Origin: Chara braunii | Lineage: Eukaryota; Plantae; Charophyceae | Length of the DNA stretch: 54,475 nt | NCBI GenBank assembly: GCA_003427395.1 | Contig: BFEA01000026.1 | Span: forward strand, 2,341,876 to 2,396,350 | Reading direction: 5' to 3' | Shown: piece after piece, positions 39,366 to 52,199 of the stretch | Layout: every line of letters begins with the position of its first letter | Numbering within the stretch: the stretch's first letter is position 1 | The notes under the pieces: generated by a model | Database searches by the model: none | What the model saw: the letters and a program-made list of their open reading frames with translations, nothing else | Told to the model about the DNA's origin: nothing | Position numbers and translations under genes: made by a program

Positions 39366-42300
39366 ATGGCAAAGACTGGGAAGGGAGAGGCTTCTGAGGT
39401 GAATCCTCATATTCCGCTTGACCCTTTAGAGGCTGAACTGCGGGCCCAGGAGGAGAAACTTCGCTAGCAGGCCCAGGCAGTTGAGTCCCTAAAGGCTGAC
39501 TTGAAGAGGAAAGAAGAAGCAGCTCAGAAGGAGGTCAGGAGAAAGCTGCTGATTGCAGATGTGGAGAAGATCAGGACAAGTGGTAGTTCCAATCAATTCA
39601 ACAAGGACATGGCTGAATTCATCCTCCTGCAGGATGATATTCACCGTTCTTATTTTACTAACAAGTGGTAGTTCCAGTTAATACAACAAGGATATGGCTG
39701 AATTCATCCTCCTCCAGGATGATATTCACCGTTCTTATTTTACTAATTGGGACTACATGGAGAGTAGCCACTCAACTTTTTCAAAGAAGCTGGATGACAT
39801 CTCCTCCAAACTGGATCAGATCTTTACTTATTTAAAGATCCCCACCACTTTAACAGTTCCTCCATCTCCTGGACCTTTACAAGGAAGACCTTCATCACCC
39901 CCACAATCCAGACACACATATTCTCCCACAAGTGGTTAACAGGAGCCCCCACTTTTCGGCCCTGGGTAACGATGAATGATCCTGAAATTAGGGTTTCGGG
40001 GTCAAATTTTGTGTTTTTTTGGAANTTTTTTTTTTGCCTGTTTTTGTTTTAGGACAAGCTTGCTGTGTGTCAAATTTGGTGTCATTTGGGTTATTAGAAT
40101 TTGTGCTGTTAATGTTTTTTTGGAATTTTGTTTTTTGCCTGTTTTTGTTTTAGGACAAGCTTGCTGTGTGTCAAATTTGGTGTCATTTGGGTTACTAGAA
40201 TTTGTGTTGTTAATCATCCTGAAAATCCTGAAATTTTGATGAAGTTGTGTTTTGGCAAAATTGCCTGAAAATGCACTTTTGAGTTGCTGTTTTATGTGTT
40301 TTTTTTTTTTTGGTATTTGTTTTATAATATGTTAGTAAGAAGTGCACTCTATAGATTGGTGTGAAGTTTGCTTGGGATGGCCTTATGGTTTTCTTATAAA
40401 TTGAGGTGAAAAATGGGGGGTCGGTTAACCTTTTCTCCTACACCCAAGTCAACAGCCTCCTCACATCCCTCAGCTCCTTTTGACATGCAGCGGCCCAAGC
40501 TGACCGCTCCACCTATGTTCTCTGGTGAGGACCCTAAGGTGGATGTTGCAGATTGGGTAACTGCACAGCGAACCTACCTGAGTGGGTTCAAGTGTGATGA
40601 GGATGTATGTGAAGGTGAGTGCCATCCTGGCTCGCACTAAAATGGTGCACTTCTTCCTCCAGCAAGCAGGGGATGAAAATATCTGATTGGGCGCAGAGGC
40701 AGGGGGTGGTTGGATTTCTACAGGCACTGGAGAACCGGTTTGCAGACAAGGAGCAGGCCAGAAAAGCAGCAGACAAAATTCTGCATCTGGGCCAGAAAAA
40801 GTTTGATGGCTCCTTGTCCCAACTGTACTCCACCTTTGAGAGTCTCACATCGACTCTTGGGTTGGAGATGAGTGAGCATGATCTGCTCATTCATTTCCTC
40901 AGGGCAACGCCTGAGCAATTCCAGCTAGCCTTGTTCTCTCAGGGCCACAAGGACTGGTGGTCCTTTGGCAGAGCAGCCCTGGACTTGGAGTCCAAACTCC
41001 ATGTCCAGGAAGCACCTTCTGAAGGAAGGAAGGGACCCTCCTCAAAGGGGCGAAGAAGGAGGAAGGGTGCCCTGTTTGCTGCTGCAGCTTCAGGTTCAGA
41101 TAGTGACACAGCATCCCAGGATGGAACTCCTCCATCTGGGACTGCCTCATCATCTACTGCAGATTCTGTTGTTCTTGCCTTGGTTGATGCTTTGATGGGC
41201 TTAACTAAGGGCAAGGCCCCAACCCAGAAAGCACCAACCAGCACCAAGGGGAAAGGTAAGGGACGTGCCTCTTCCCCTGGTGCCCAGAGAGTACCTCTAC
41301 TACGCGACGTTGACTGGCCAGTTGACCCCCTTGATCCTTCCACCTTCCCCTGGCATGCACTCAAGATCCAGGAGGGGGTATGGAGGAAGAGAAAGGACAA
41401 GGATGTCTGCCTCAGATGCGAGGGGGACCATTTCTTAAAGGACTGTCCCAGCATGCCTCGCAGAGAGCAGAGAGAGGTGGAAGCAGCAGCTCCTTCCACC
41501 AGTGCTGATTCACTTCCTGATGAAGGTGAATCTTCACATTCTCTCGCTGGTTCTATTTCTGGAGTTGCATCTTCAGGGTCTTTCACTTTTGAAGACTCTG
41601 AGTTGGATGAGACGTGGGAGGAGGAGGATGCTCAGTGCCTAGCTGATTTTTTCTTGTCTTTGCAGGAAAGGAAGAAGTGCAGGTCAGAACTCATCCTACT
41701 TCGACCCTCCCTCATGGGAGCCAAGATCAAAGGGCTCTTGGACTGTGGGGCTACTCACAACTTCATATCTCCCAAGGCAGTCAGTAAGTTGCACTTGGAT
41801 CAGAGACTTGTGAAATTGCGATAGCCTATAGAGGTTCGCATTGGGAACTCTTCCACAATCAGGATCACTACTGTTGTCAAAGGCCTACTTGTGACCTTTG
41901 ATAAGCAGGGAGAATTCAGGCACCGCCTGCATTTCTATGTGTTTCCTAACTTTCCCTTTGACCTTGACTTTTCTATGCACTGGCTTGGTGCCACCAATCC
42001 TAGGATCGACTAGCAGATCCCTAGGGTTGAGCTACCTGACCAGCATGAGGTTTATCACCCTTGTTTATTCGCAGACGAGTACCATCTGGCCAGCAGCTGT
42101 TATTGCATGAGTGCTCGATTATGCGACTTTCACGCCAGACGGACCACACCCGTCTGTTCGTGGCTTATGCCAAACAGACTGATGTGGAGACTGCTCCCTG
42201 TCCCTCTCAGATTCAGCAGGTTGTTGGCCGATTCTCAGATCTTATGGAGGAGCCTACTGGACTTGTCCATAGGCAGACCAAACATAAGATTGAGATCCTC

Positions 42301-45093
42301 CATGGTTCGGTCCCGCCCAAGGGTCGAGTTTACAAGATGTCACCTGTTGAACTTGATGAGCTCGGGAAACTGTTAGAGACCTGACCAGCAAGGGTTGGAT
42401 CAGACCCAACACATATGAGTTTGGGGCACCAGTCCTCTTTGTTCCAAAGGGGAATGTTGAGTTCAGGATGTGCGTGGATTATCGAGGTCTCAACAAAATC
42501 ACAAGGAAGTCTACAGAGCCTCTTCCTCACATTGATGATCTGTTGGATATGGTGCAGGGTTGTACCATTTTTAGCAAGATCGATCTCAAATTTGGCTACC
42601 ACCAAATTGAGATGGCTGAAGGCGATGTCCATAAGACAACTTTCAAGACCAGATATGACACTTATAAGTACCTGATCATGCCCTTCGGTCTTTGCAATGC
42701 CCCAGGCACCTTCCAAACAGAGATGCATCACATACTCAGGCCTTACCTGGACAAGTTCGTAGTTGTCTATCTGGATGACATCCTGGAATTCAGTCGTTCT
42801 GTCCAGGAGCATGCGCAACATCTGGCTCTGGTCCTCCAGGCCTTACGTGATAACCAATATAAGGTCAACAGGGAGAAATCCTCTTTTGGGGTTCCCTCTG
42901 TGATCTATCTGGGTTACGTCATTTCTGGAGAGGGGTTGGCTCATGAAGCAACGAAAGTTGTTGCTGTTCAGGACTAGCCGAAGCCTGTTAACATTCGTGA
43001 TGTCCGGTCTTTCTTGGGTCTTGCATCATATTACAGGAAGTTCGTCAAGAACTTCTCCTCCATTGCAGCACCCCTGACTGACCTCACAAAGAAAGACACT
43101 TCCTTTCTTTGGGCATCAAAATGTCAGGAGGCTTTTACACGTCTCAAGGAGGCCTTGATTCGTGCTCCTGTTTTGAAGCTACCTGACCCTACTTTGCCTT
43201 TTGTGCTTACCACTGATGCGAGTCAGTATGGTGTAGGGGCGGTACTTCAACAGGATGATGGGAATGGTCTGCAGCCTGTCGAGTTCATGACCAAGAAGAT
43301 CAAAACAAAGAAGTTGTTGGACTCTGCCGATGAGAAAGAGCTTTATGCTCTTGTGTCAGCGCTCAAGCATTGGAAGCACTTCCTCCTGGGCAGACACTTC
43401 AAGATCTTTTCAGATCACTCCACCCTGCAGTGGATGAAGTCGTAGGGAGAGTTGAATGACAAGCTTGCTCGCTACATTCAGTTCATCGACACGTTTCACT
43501 TTGAACTGAAGCACAAGAAGGGCTGCTACAATCTAGTAGCAAATGCCCTTTCTCGTAGGTCTGACACTCTCTTTCTGATCTCCTTTACTCACTCATTTGG
43601 AGAGAGGACCCGTCAAACCATTGCCCGTCTGCTGCCTCAGGATGCGATTTTCGGGCCTATAGTGAGGAATCTTCAGGAGGATCCTGCCTCTGAACCAAGA
43701 TATACTCTGGTTTCAGATCTGTTGTACGCATGCAGTAGAGGTGAGGAACGCCTATGTATTCCCCAGGACCGCAAGCTGAGAACACTTCTGATGTCAGAGT
43801 GTCATGATGCTCGTGGTCACTTTGGTGCCCTCAAATCGTACGCAGCCCTGTCGCAGGGCTTCTTCTGGAAGGAGATGAGGAGTGGCATGCTGCATTATGT
43901 GGAAACCTGTGAGTTGTGCCAAAGGAACAAGGTTGTACGACGACCTCCTCTTGGTCTACTCAAACCACTACCCATCCCTGAAGCACCTGCACAGTCAGTG
44001 TCTATTGATTTTACTGACTTGGGTAGGACCACACCTCGTGGTATGCGTCAGGTTATGGTCTGCGTGGATCGGTTTTCCAAATACGTAGAGTTCATCCCCT
44101 TACCAACTGAGGCTCGCATTCCAGCTGTTTAGGCGACATTTGCTGACAGGTGGGTTACACATCATGGACCACCCACCTCTATAGTCAGTGACCGAGATCC
44201 CAAGTTTTGCAGCAATGAATTGCAATCCTACTGCAGGGATTACCTTCATTCTCATTTGGATATGATATTTGGTCGTCATCCTGAAGCCAAAGGTCAGGCT
44301 GAAGTAATGAACCAGATTCTATTTCAGTTGCTGCGTCCTGTGATCAGTCCAGATCAGCAGGACTGGATCTCCATTTGAGTCGTGCACAGCTTGTGTACAA
44401 CACTTTTGTACACTCCTCCACACACCCTACCGGTTGCATTGGGGCCGTGAGCCACGACAACCTCTCGATGACATCATCGATAAGGCTACCCCTAAGTTGA
44501 CACCCGAAACTGCAGAGTTCACAAGGCGTTACCGTGTGGACATAGAGCGCGCCCGTGCTAACCTGCTGAAAGCCCAAAAGGCTATGATTCAGCAGGCTAA
44601 TAGGCACAACCGACCCTCGACTATTCGCACAGGTGACTGGGTGTGGGTACTCAGTTCTGAGCTATCACGAGAGGAGGACATTTCACCAAAGTTGCTGCCA
44701 CGATATATGGGTCCATGGCAGGTCTTAGATACAGTGGGAGCTGATCCGTTTGGACCATCCTATACAGTGGATGTCCCTCTGCATCTACAAACCTACCTTG
44801 TCTTTCATGCATCTAAGTTGTTACCATTCACATCAGCTGATGCATTTCCAGACAGGCCGCCTCAGTTTGGTCCTCTAATCCCTGGAAAGGGATATGACGT
44901 GGAGTCCATTGAGGACGAGTCAGGTACAGGACCAGATAAGGAATACCTTGTGAAGTTTTACTATCAGCCGCACACTGAAGATTGCTGGTTTACTCGCAAG
45001 GAACTCCTGAAAACAGCAAAGTCTGTTGTCCTCAGATATGAGGCAGCACGTAAGGGAGAACCCCTTCGACGTTCTGCACGCCTACGCCCCTAG
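39366..45093 (+). pseudogene. Disrupted gag-pol polyprotein
   Basis: CLRCEGDHFLKDC, LLDCGA, YLDD, TTDASQYG, CELC, SIDF, GPW, chromodomain YDVESIED..EYLVKF; many stops and frameshifts. Confidence 0.93.
39940..40424. mobile_element. AT-rich MITE with TTAA flanks (piggyBac-like)
   Basis: TTAA at 39936-39939 and 40425-40428; imperfect TIRs caggagcccccactttt / aaaatggggggtcgg; interrupts gag; internal ~100-bp duplication. Confidence 0.65.
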
Positions 45094-45126
45094 CTCGGAG
45101 GTCCTCGCTCCGGGGGAGGGTAGGTC

Positions 45127-46392
45127 TACAATGACCTGCTGGTTTTTGGTCACCTGTAGCCTCTCTCTTGTTGAGGTTGTACCATTTGTAGGTCAGATTC
45201 GTTATTTTGTTTGGTTGAGGGCTAACCGAGAGACCTGCCTATACGAAAATCCGGTAGGGACATATCTGCAAATTTGTGGAAAATATAGGCCCGTACTAAC
45301 TGGAATTTCCTACAGCTACCCTAACTGCGATTAGCAGGCCCGGACTACCCCTAGGACAGACAGGCCCTATAGGCCTATGCTGATAGACAGTCCTATAGCC
45401 TACAGCCGGGTAAGGTAGAGGCCGAGAGGCTGAAACTGAAACGGTACCGGTCAGTCCAGTCAGTCCGGTCTAGGTCGAGCCTAGCCTAGTTTACACTATA
45501 GATAGGATGGGCACATCGGTTCAGGGCTTTTGGCAGTTGGTACCGAGTACATCGCTGTTGTGCAACGCGTGAACTGGAAGTGGTGACGGCTCAGCGTTGA
45601 GGGAGACATACATAGCCAGACCTTCGGAGCACCGACCATAGCTGGGACCTGCGTTGTACTTTGTCAGCACGAGGGGTTGTACAGAGGTCTGGGTTATAGA
45701 GGTCTGCTCGAGGCGAGGGAAGTTGGTGCCCTGCTGGATCCTCCTCCGAAGTGGGGTTCCATGGTAGTGGCGTTGTAGCCATAGCTGCAGCTTCTTCCTC
45801 AGAGGTCATCTTGTCAAGAGTGGTGACGCTGCTGCAAACTTCCACCCGGGAAGTCTTTCGACACTTCGTCATCATCAGATACTGTGGCGCTGGTCTTCTT
45901 CTTCATCCTCTGAGTGGCGCTTGGCCTCAGAGGCCTGTTTCAGGGTGGCGCTTCCCTTTGGAGGTTGTATCTGGGTGGCGCTTGATGTTTCAGGGACTCA
46001 GGGGTAGTGATAGCGGTTCATCAGGGTTGGGGAGTGAAGTGCTGCTCATCTCTGAGCAGCGCATCATAGTTCTGAGGTTATTATGACAATTCGAGACTCT
46101 GAGTATAATAAACAATGTGGATATTGGGTTCATACTATCATTACTTCATTGTTTCTTGGATGTGATCTACTCGACTTTCCTTTACGACTGGTTGTGAGGA
46201 TTGAGTGGAGTGAATTGCACTTTCAGTGTACCCTGTCATATCGCATGGTCAAGTCTTCAGTTGTGTTTATCTCTCCCTGTGCGGTGTGATACTCCTATCC
46301 TCTCCCCTTCCTTCTCTGTATGTATGGGCATACCTGGGAGTCTATGTGAGTGAGTGTTGGTCTTCAGACAACAAACAACGAGAATCATAACA
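45127..46392 (+). repeat. 3' LTR
   Basis: TACAATGAC...CATAACA after the PPT. Confidence 0.95.
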
Positions 46393-48743
46393 TTGGCATC
46401 AAAAATGAATTGGAAGAAAACAATCGGCTGGTGGCTATCGGATGAGGAGGTTCCCCAGCTTCAAGGCCATGAGGCAGACATGACTTGGGAGACACTGTAG
46501 ACCCCTACACGATATCTAGGCATACTGCTGACTAAAGACGACTTTGCCCCTCAAATGGTCCAAAATATACCCGTTAAACAAATTAACAAACTAGGCAGAT
46601 GGGGTAACACATTCACATCACTGCTAGGCCGAGCACTTGCCATCAACACATCTATTTTTTCAATGATGTGGTATATAGCGTCAATCTGGACTGTTCCGGA
46701 CCATACAATCAAGGAACTTAACCGCAAAACAAGAGTTTACTTGTGGTCGGAAAACCCCAACAAAGAGAACTGTATACCAAAGATAGCCTAACACCACATC
46801 ACAAGGGAACCATCCAGAGGAGGTCTTGCTATCATAGACCCCAAACAGGAAACCAAAGCCTTACAAGTTAAATGGATACTCAAACGTCTGACTAAACCTG
46901 GCACGACGTGGAATAAACTGGCCTTGGACAGCATCAGGGGCCTAACACCGATAACCTCACCAGCAAACATGTTTGGTTTGTTCTCGGTAATGACCAAGGA
47001 ATGGAGCCCAAGCACAGGGCGCAAACATCAGAGAAGAGGAGTCGCTCCAAATGAAACCCGCCCCCCCACACCGTATTGGACCGAAGAAGGTGGGCAGACC
47101 CAAATCCAAAGATGAGAGATTGAGGCAACCCCTGTTTGGTAATCCGTGGGTGAGAGACGAAAGTGATCACCAACTATCCCTTAAACCTAGAGGCAGAAGA
47201 TGGCTATCGTGGATCAAACATGGAGTTTGGAAAGTGAGCCATCTGTGGAATGACGAGAAAAAGGACTGGGTGACAGAATAGGAACTGCCCTTCCAGCTCA
47301 AAGGATGTCACCAAAGGGACGAGAACTTACAATCCATCATTAACTGCATTCAAGAAGGTTGGAAGGAGCTGTTGAGCGAAACCTCAACCTGGAAATCGGG
47401 TGAATGGGGAGTGACGGTGCAGGAGTTAACCCCCTCAAAGGCATATCAATTCTCCCATAAACAACAAGGATCGGATACCTCTAGCGGTGTTTACCTCTTT
47501 TCCAATTACCCCCTCCACGCAAGGCCTCCCATATATCCTGAATTAGGAGGTGGAAAGAACAGTCCTAAACTCTTTTGTTCTTAAAAAAGTAAGAGTGTTG
47601 GGTTTGTGGCCAAAACAATCTTCAGAATAAATACGGTGATTCAAGATCTGGAATTTGATCCAGCAAAGTGGGCTTGGATTCCAGACAGAAGTAGAAGTTG
47701 CAAAACGAATGTCCCCATCCAGGAATACACAGTCAAACTGGGATACAACTTACTCCTCAAGACAAACTTGACAAAGGATCCTAACCCAACGATCAAGAAT
47801 AGATGGCAAAAGTTATTAGGCCAGGACGCTAGTCTGATCCCACAAATGCCATGGAAAAAATTTAAATTAATCCATCCGGTCAAAATCAGAAGCCTCCAAT
47901 CGCTCCTCTTACGTGGCTCTACCGGTTAATCAGTGGCTGCATACCAAAAGAAGTAAGAACGACCCCAACAATTCAGATTTATGTGTGGTATGCTAAAAAA
48001 ATGAACCAGAAGATATGCTACATTGTCTGGTACGCTGTAGAGAGGCGACGGAATACTGGGCGAGGGCCTCGGATCTTATGGGATTCCCTCTTCTCGACCC
48101 CCCTCCCTGAGCACCCCATCCAACTTCTTCTATGGACTAACATCCCAGCTCAATTCCATAAGACAGAGAGAGCATGGTTCAGAATGATCAGAAAGGTAAC
48201 GTTGTGGTCCATATGGAAGGAAAGGTGCTACAGAACCATCGACCGACTATCAACTCCAAGGGAGAAGGTATGGGCGGAGACGAGGATTTTGATCCAAGCT
48301 GAGATTCTCTGCAAGTGGCATAAGACGAGACACTCCATGCCAGATGACGAAGAACAACAAAGAAGAATCAAGGCAAAATTCACTAAGGTGTGGCTCGCAG
48401 GGGGCAAAGTCGCAGAGATAAAGGACCTTTGCATACGGTGGAAAGACTGGCACAACTCAGAAGCAGGGCGGAGAAGGCAGAGTTCCCAGCCAGCAGACGG
48501 ACAAGATCCATCACTGGCCATATAATATTGAAATTTCCGTTTGTGCATCCTACGTAACTTATTTTACCTTTCTTGTTCTTTAATTTTATCTGACAGGCTC
48601 ATGATGTGGGCCTGAGAGGATAGGTGGAACCAAGGCAAGCTGACGGTCAATCCCCCACAATGATGGAGTAATCAATGTTGTTCAGGGGTCCTTCGGCCAG
48701 ACGGAAGGAAGCGTGAGTGCGTGCCCTGATGTATTGAAGTATC

Positions 48744-51700
48744 AGAAAAGCCATATTAGAGGCTAGGCAGCAGAAGAGGACAGAGTTGGAACAGGCGGGG
48801 TTGGAGGACCTCCATGCTATGGAAGTTTTGCTGAGACAAAACGAACCAGCCTTGCATGAGGATGGAGGACCTTCCATGCAGTCTATATAGAGCATACTCG
48901 GTTCCCTCATGGTAGGCCAGGACCGGATACTAGCTTCACTCAGACAATAGGCAAGGTCGCTGCCTTCAAGTGTGACACAGTCTGCAGCACGGCCAATAGG
49001 GCATCCACGCTGCCACCCTTGTCGGCTTCATTCTCTCCTTTATATGGCACACCGGTTACCAGTGGTATATCAGCCGGTCTGTTGCAAGCCTTGCAGTAAC
49101 CTTCTCAGCTCCATGTCTCTGCAACTACCGTACAGGCACAGGTCTCCCAGCCTATAGGCCCTGAAGGTGGGGGACAGCCCCAGTGGGTCCCAAAAACATC
49201 CATGAAACAGCCTGACACATTTAGTGGGAACAAGAAGGATGAGAACCTAGATACGTGGGTGAGGACTGTCCCTGTGTATGCAAGGACCAAAGACACTCGT
49301 CCAGACAAGGAGGAGTATACAAGGCTTTGACTTACTAGACACATTATCTCCTTGGCAGATTCTTTAAGGTAAGATCTGACTATGAGACACTTCGGTGGAT
49401 CACAATGCAATGAATGCAGCCTTCTCTCTCTGATGCGCTGAAATGGTTGATACAAGTCATAAACATGTATGACTTCCGTCTTCAGCATAACATGGGTGAA
49501 TTTAGTAAGCGTTCTGACACCTTTTCCCGCAGGGCAGAGATCTGACCATGAGACTCGTCAGTGGATCACAATGCAGCCTTCTCTCTCTGACACATTGAAA
49601 TGGTGGATATAAGTCATAGACATGTATGACTTCCGCCTTCAGCATAACACGGCTGAGTTTAATAAGGGTTCTAATGCCCTTTCCCGCAGGGCAGACTACT
49701 TAGGAGGTTTGATAACTGAGTACGAGCTCAAAGACGATGGAGGCGTACAGAGTGGACGAGTTTATGTATGAAAGCATTCGCAGGCTCGAGGCTTAAGATA
49801 GAGCCACATAAGACAAGTTTGTGATGGTTGAGGGACTACTCTTCCTCAAGAAGGCTGGGAATCAACGTTTTTGGTGGTCAACGATGCTAGAGGATGGGAA
49901 GAAGTACATTGAAATGTGCCAGGTTTGCCCAAGGGACAAACTTAGGCAGGCAACACTTGGCTTGGTCAAGCGTTTGCCCATTCCCGCTGGACCGGGAGAG
50001 AGCTTGCCCATGGACTTCATGGATACTAGCAAATTTGGCAAAAGGCATTTCTTCGTAATCATAGATAGAATCGCCAAATATGCTAGGCTAGTTGCGCTGG
50101 CCGAAGCTGCGAAGACAGATCTAGTGATTAAGATGTCTATGGATCACTGGGTAAGTGATTTTGGGTTACCGATGGCCATAGTTAACGATAGAGATTTAAG
50201 ATTTACCAGTGAATTGTGGAAGAAGACTACAGAGCAGATGGGTTCCCAACTGCAGATGACATCCGGGAACCACCATGAGACTAACGGGCAGGCTGAGTAG
50301 ATTAAGAGGGTAGTACAGCACTTGTAGAGGCACTATATCAAGACCAGCCAGGAAGACTGGGATGAGAAACTTCCAATCACCGCCAGCCTGTACAACAGCG
50401 CAGTGCATAGTACAGCTGGCCGGACTCCAAATCAACTGCATCTTGGCCTATGACCCCGTTAGACTTTCTACTCCCTGATATTACACCGTCAGCAGCACGA
50501 GGAAGAATTGAGATGCTGCAGCAGACCGCAGAACAGATTCAGAAATCTCAGAATGCCATGATAGCATCTGAGAACAAACATAGAAGGGAGTCTAAAATTT
50601 GGATAGGAGAAAGGGTGTGGGTTCAGTCTTCAGAGTTTACACAGGAGGTAGACATCTCATGCAAACTGATGCCTCAGAATTTTGGGCCTTGGCAAGTCCT
50701 GGACATCGTTGGTTCGGACGCAGATGGCCCATCATATGTGATTTGCATTCCACCTCACCTACATGCTTACCCAGTCTTTCATGCATCCAAACTTCTCCCT
50801 TTCGCAGAAACTGACGAGTTTCCTTCAAGGAGGTCGATGCTGCCCCCAACCATGGACGGATATGTCAACATAGATCAAATTGTGGAACACAGACTATGCC
50901 TGTACCTGAGCCTGTCGGCAGAGGAAGACCACCAAAACCCCAGATGCAGTTCCGGGCCGCACTCAGGCATCATACTGATCCCAAGGAAGATCGGTGGTTC
51001 ACGAGGGAAGAGCTGATGAAGACAGCCCCTCAAGTCGTATCCCACTATGAATGGATGTTGAGAGGGAAACAGCAAGTGGATTGAAGGCTTACTCAGAGGA
51101 CTTTCAAAGCAGAGGGGGAGGAAGTGCAAGGATCAGGGCCCTCGACGATGTTGGAAAAGGCCCCGCGTCCACCCTAAGTGAAGGCGGGCCTGCAAATTTT
51201 GTTTCAACCTGAGTACAGGCCAATGTGAACTCAGAGCGCCCCATGGGTTGGTTGCAACTCACAGGATCTTCAACCAACCGGTAGGGCGAGCAGTTGAAGA
51301 TGATGAGGCCCAGAACCCTTACGAAAGAGCCCAAGGCACATTCTAGAAAGGCCCTGGGCGCAGCTACTGGGACCAGGCACAGTCGGTCCATCCAGGCAGC
51401 GAGTCAGGGAGACCGGCAAAGATGCTGAGGCCAAGGACCCTTACAGTTGAGCCCTAGGCACATCCTGCGCTCTGGGCACAGCTACTGGGACCGGGTGCAG
51501 TCCGTCCAGCCAGGTCATGAGTCACGGAGCCCGCATCACTTTCATTTTTGCTGGCTGGCTGCAGTGTGGTAGCACTGCTGGGGTGCACCATGAGGGAGCT
51601 GGCTGGTGTGAAAGGCGCTGGCGGGGCGCATGAGGAAGAGCAGCAAGTACCAGCAGCAGCCGTAGCCATGCTGCCTGCCTGGGCGCCCGTGGAGGGTGAA

Positions 51701-51850
51701 GTGGAGGTCCTTGGGAGAGAAAGAGAGCCTGTGCTGGCAGTCACGAGTGGTGAGCGGTGATGAAGGCACGTGGCTGCTGAAGAAGCAGCAACCTGTCTAC
51801 ATGGAGTCTTCACAGTTCACCGGGCAGAGAGCTTCAATGTCAACGTGTTG
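48744..51850 (+). mobile_element. Internally deleted Ty3/Gypsy remainder (gag, RNaseH, integrase, chromodomain; LTR from 51191)
   Basis: KQPDTFSGNKKDENLDTWV, CQVC, MDFMD, ETNGQAE, GPW, EDRWFTREEL; PR and RT absent; right boundary approximate. Confidence 0.85.
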
Positions 51851-52199
51851 CTGTCCTTAGAAGTCCAGGTCTAGAGTCAGCTGTCAGCTGTCAGTAGTCT
51901 GGGTTCTGAGCGCCAACTAGGATTGCAACTGTGATGAACACTGATGTTGGAGGTGAGAAGGGGGCCTTCATTGTCATGTGATTTCATTGCTGGCTCATTC
52001 TTATTTGGTGTAATATCTCGGTGCATTTCTGGTTTCAGTATCTGATTGAAGTTTTTGGATTTCATGGGAATAACGCAATTTGGTTTCTGTCAAACGCATT
52101 GCTCCTTGCATCAGGCTGTTCCCATGACGAGGTAGGGATTGATGATGTTACAACCAGGGACTGCATCACAGTGCATGTCCGCCTGTTGTTCTGACACCA

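Larger units (their letters stand above)
35595..46392 (+). mobile_element. Structurally complete but decayed chromodomain Ty3/Gypsy LTR retrotransposon
   Basis: Paired LTRs, PBS, PPT gggggagggtagg (~45112-45124), gag-PR-RT-RH-IN-chromodomain order, TSD ctgg/ttgg. Confidence 0.97.
35131..48743 (+). mobile_element. 5'-truncated L1-clade LINE (35131-35594 plus 46397-48743) split by a Gypsy insertion
   Basis: DFEKAYD, RQGDP, MEAFRL|ASKMNWKKT continues across the insertion; candidate TSD agaaaa at 35125-35130 and 48744-48749. Confidence 0.88.
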
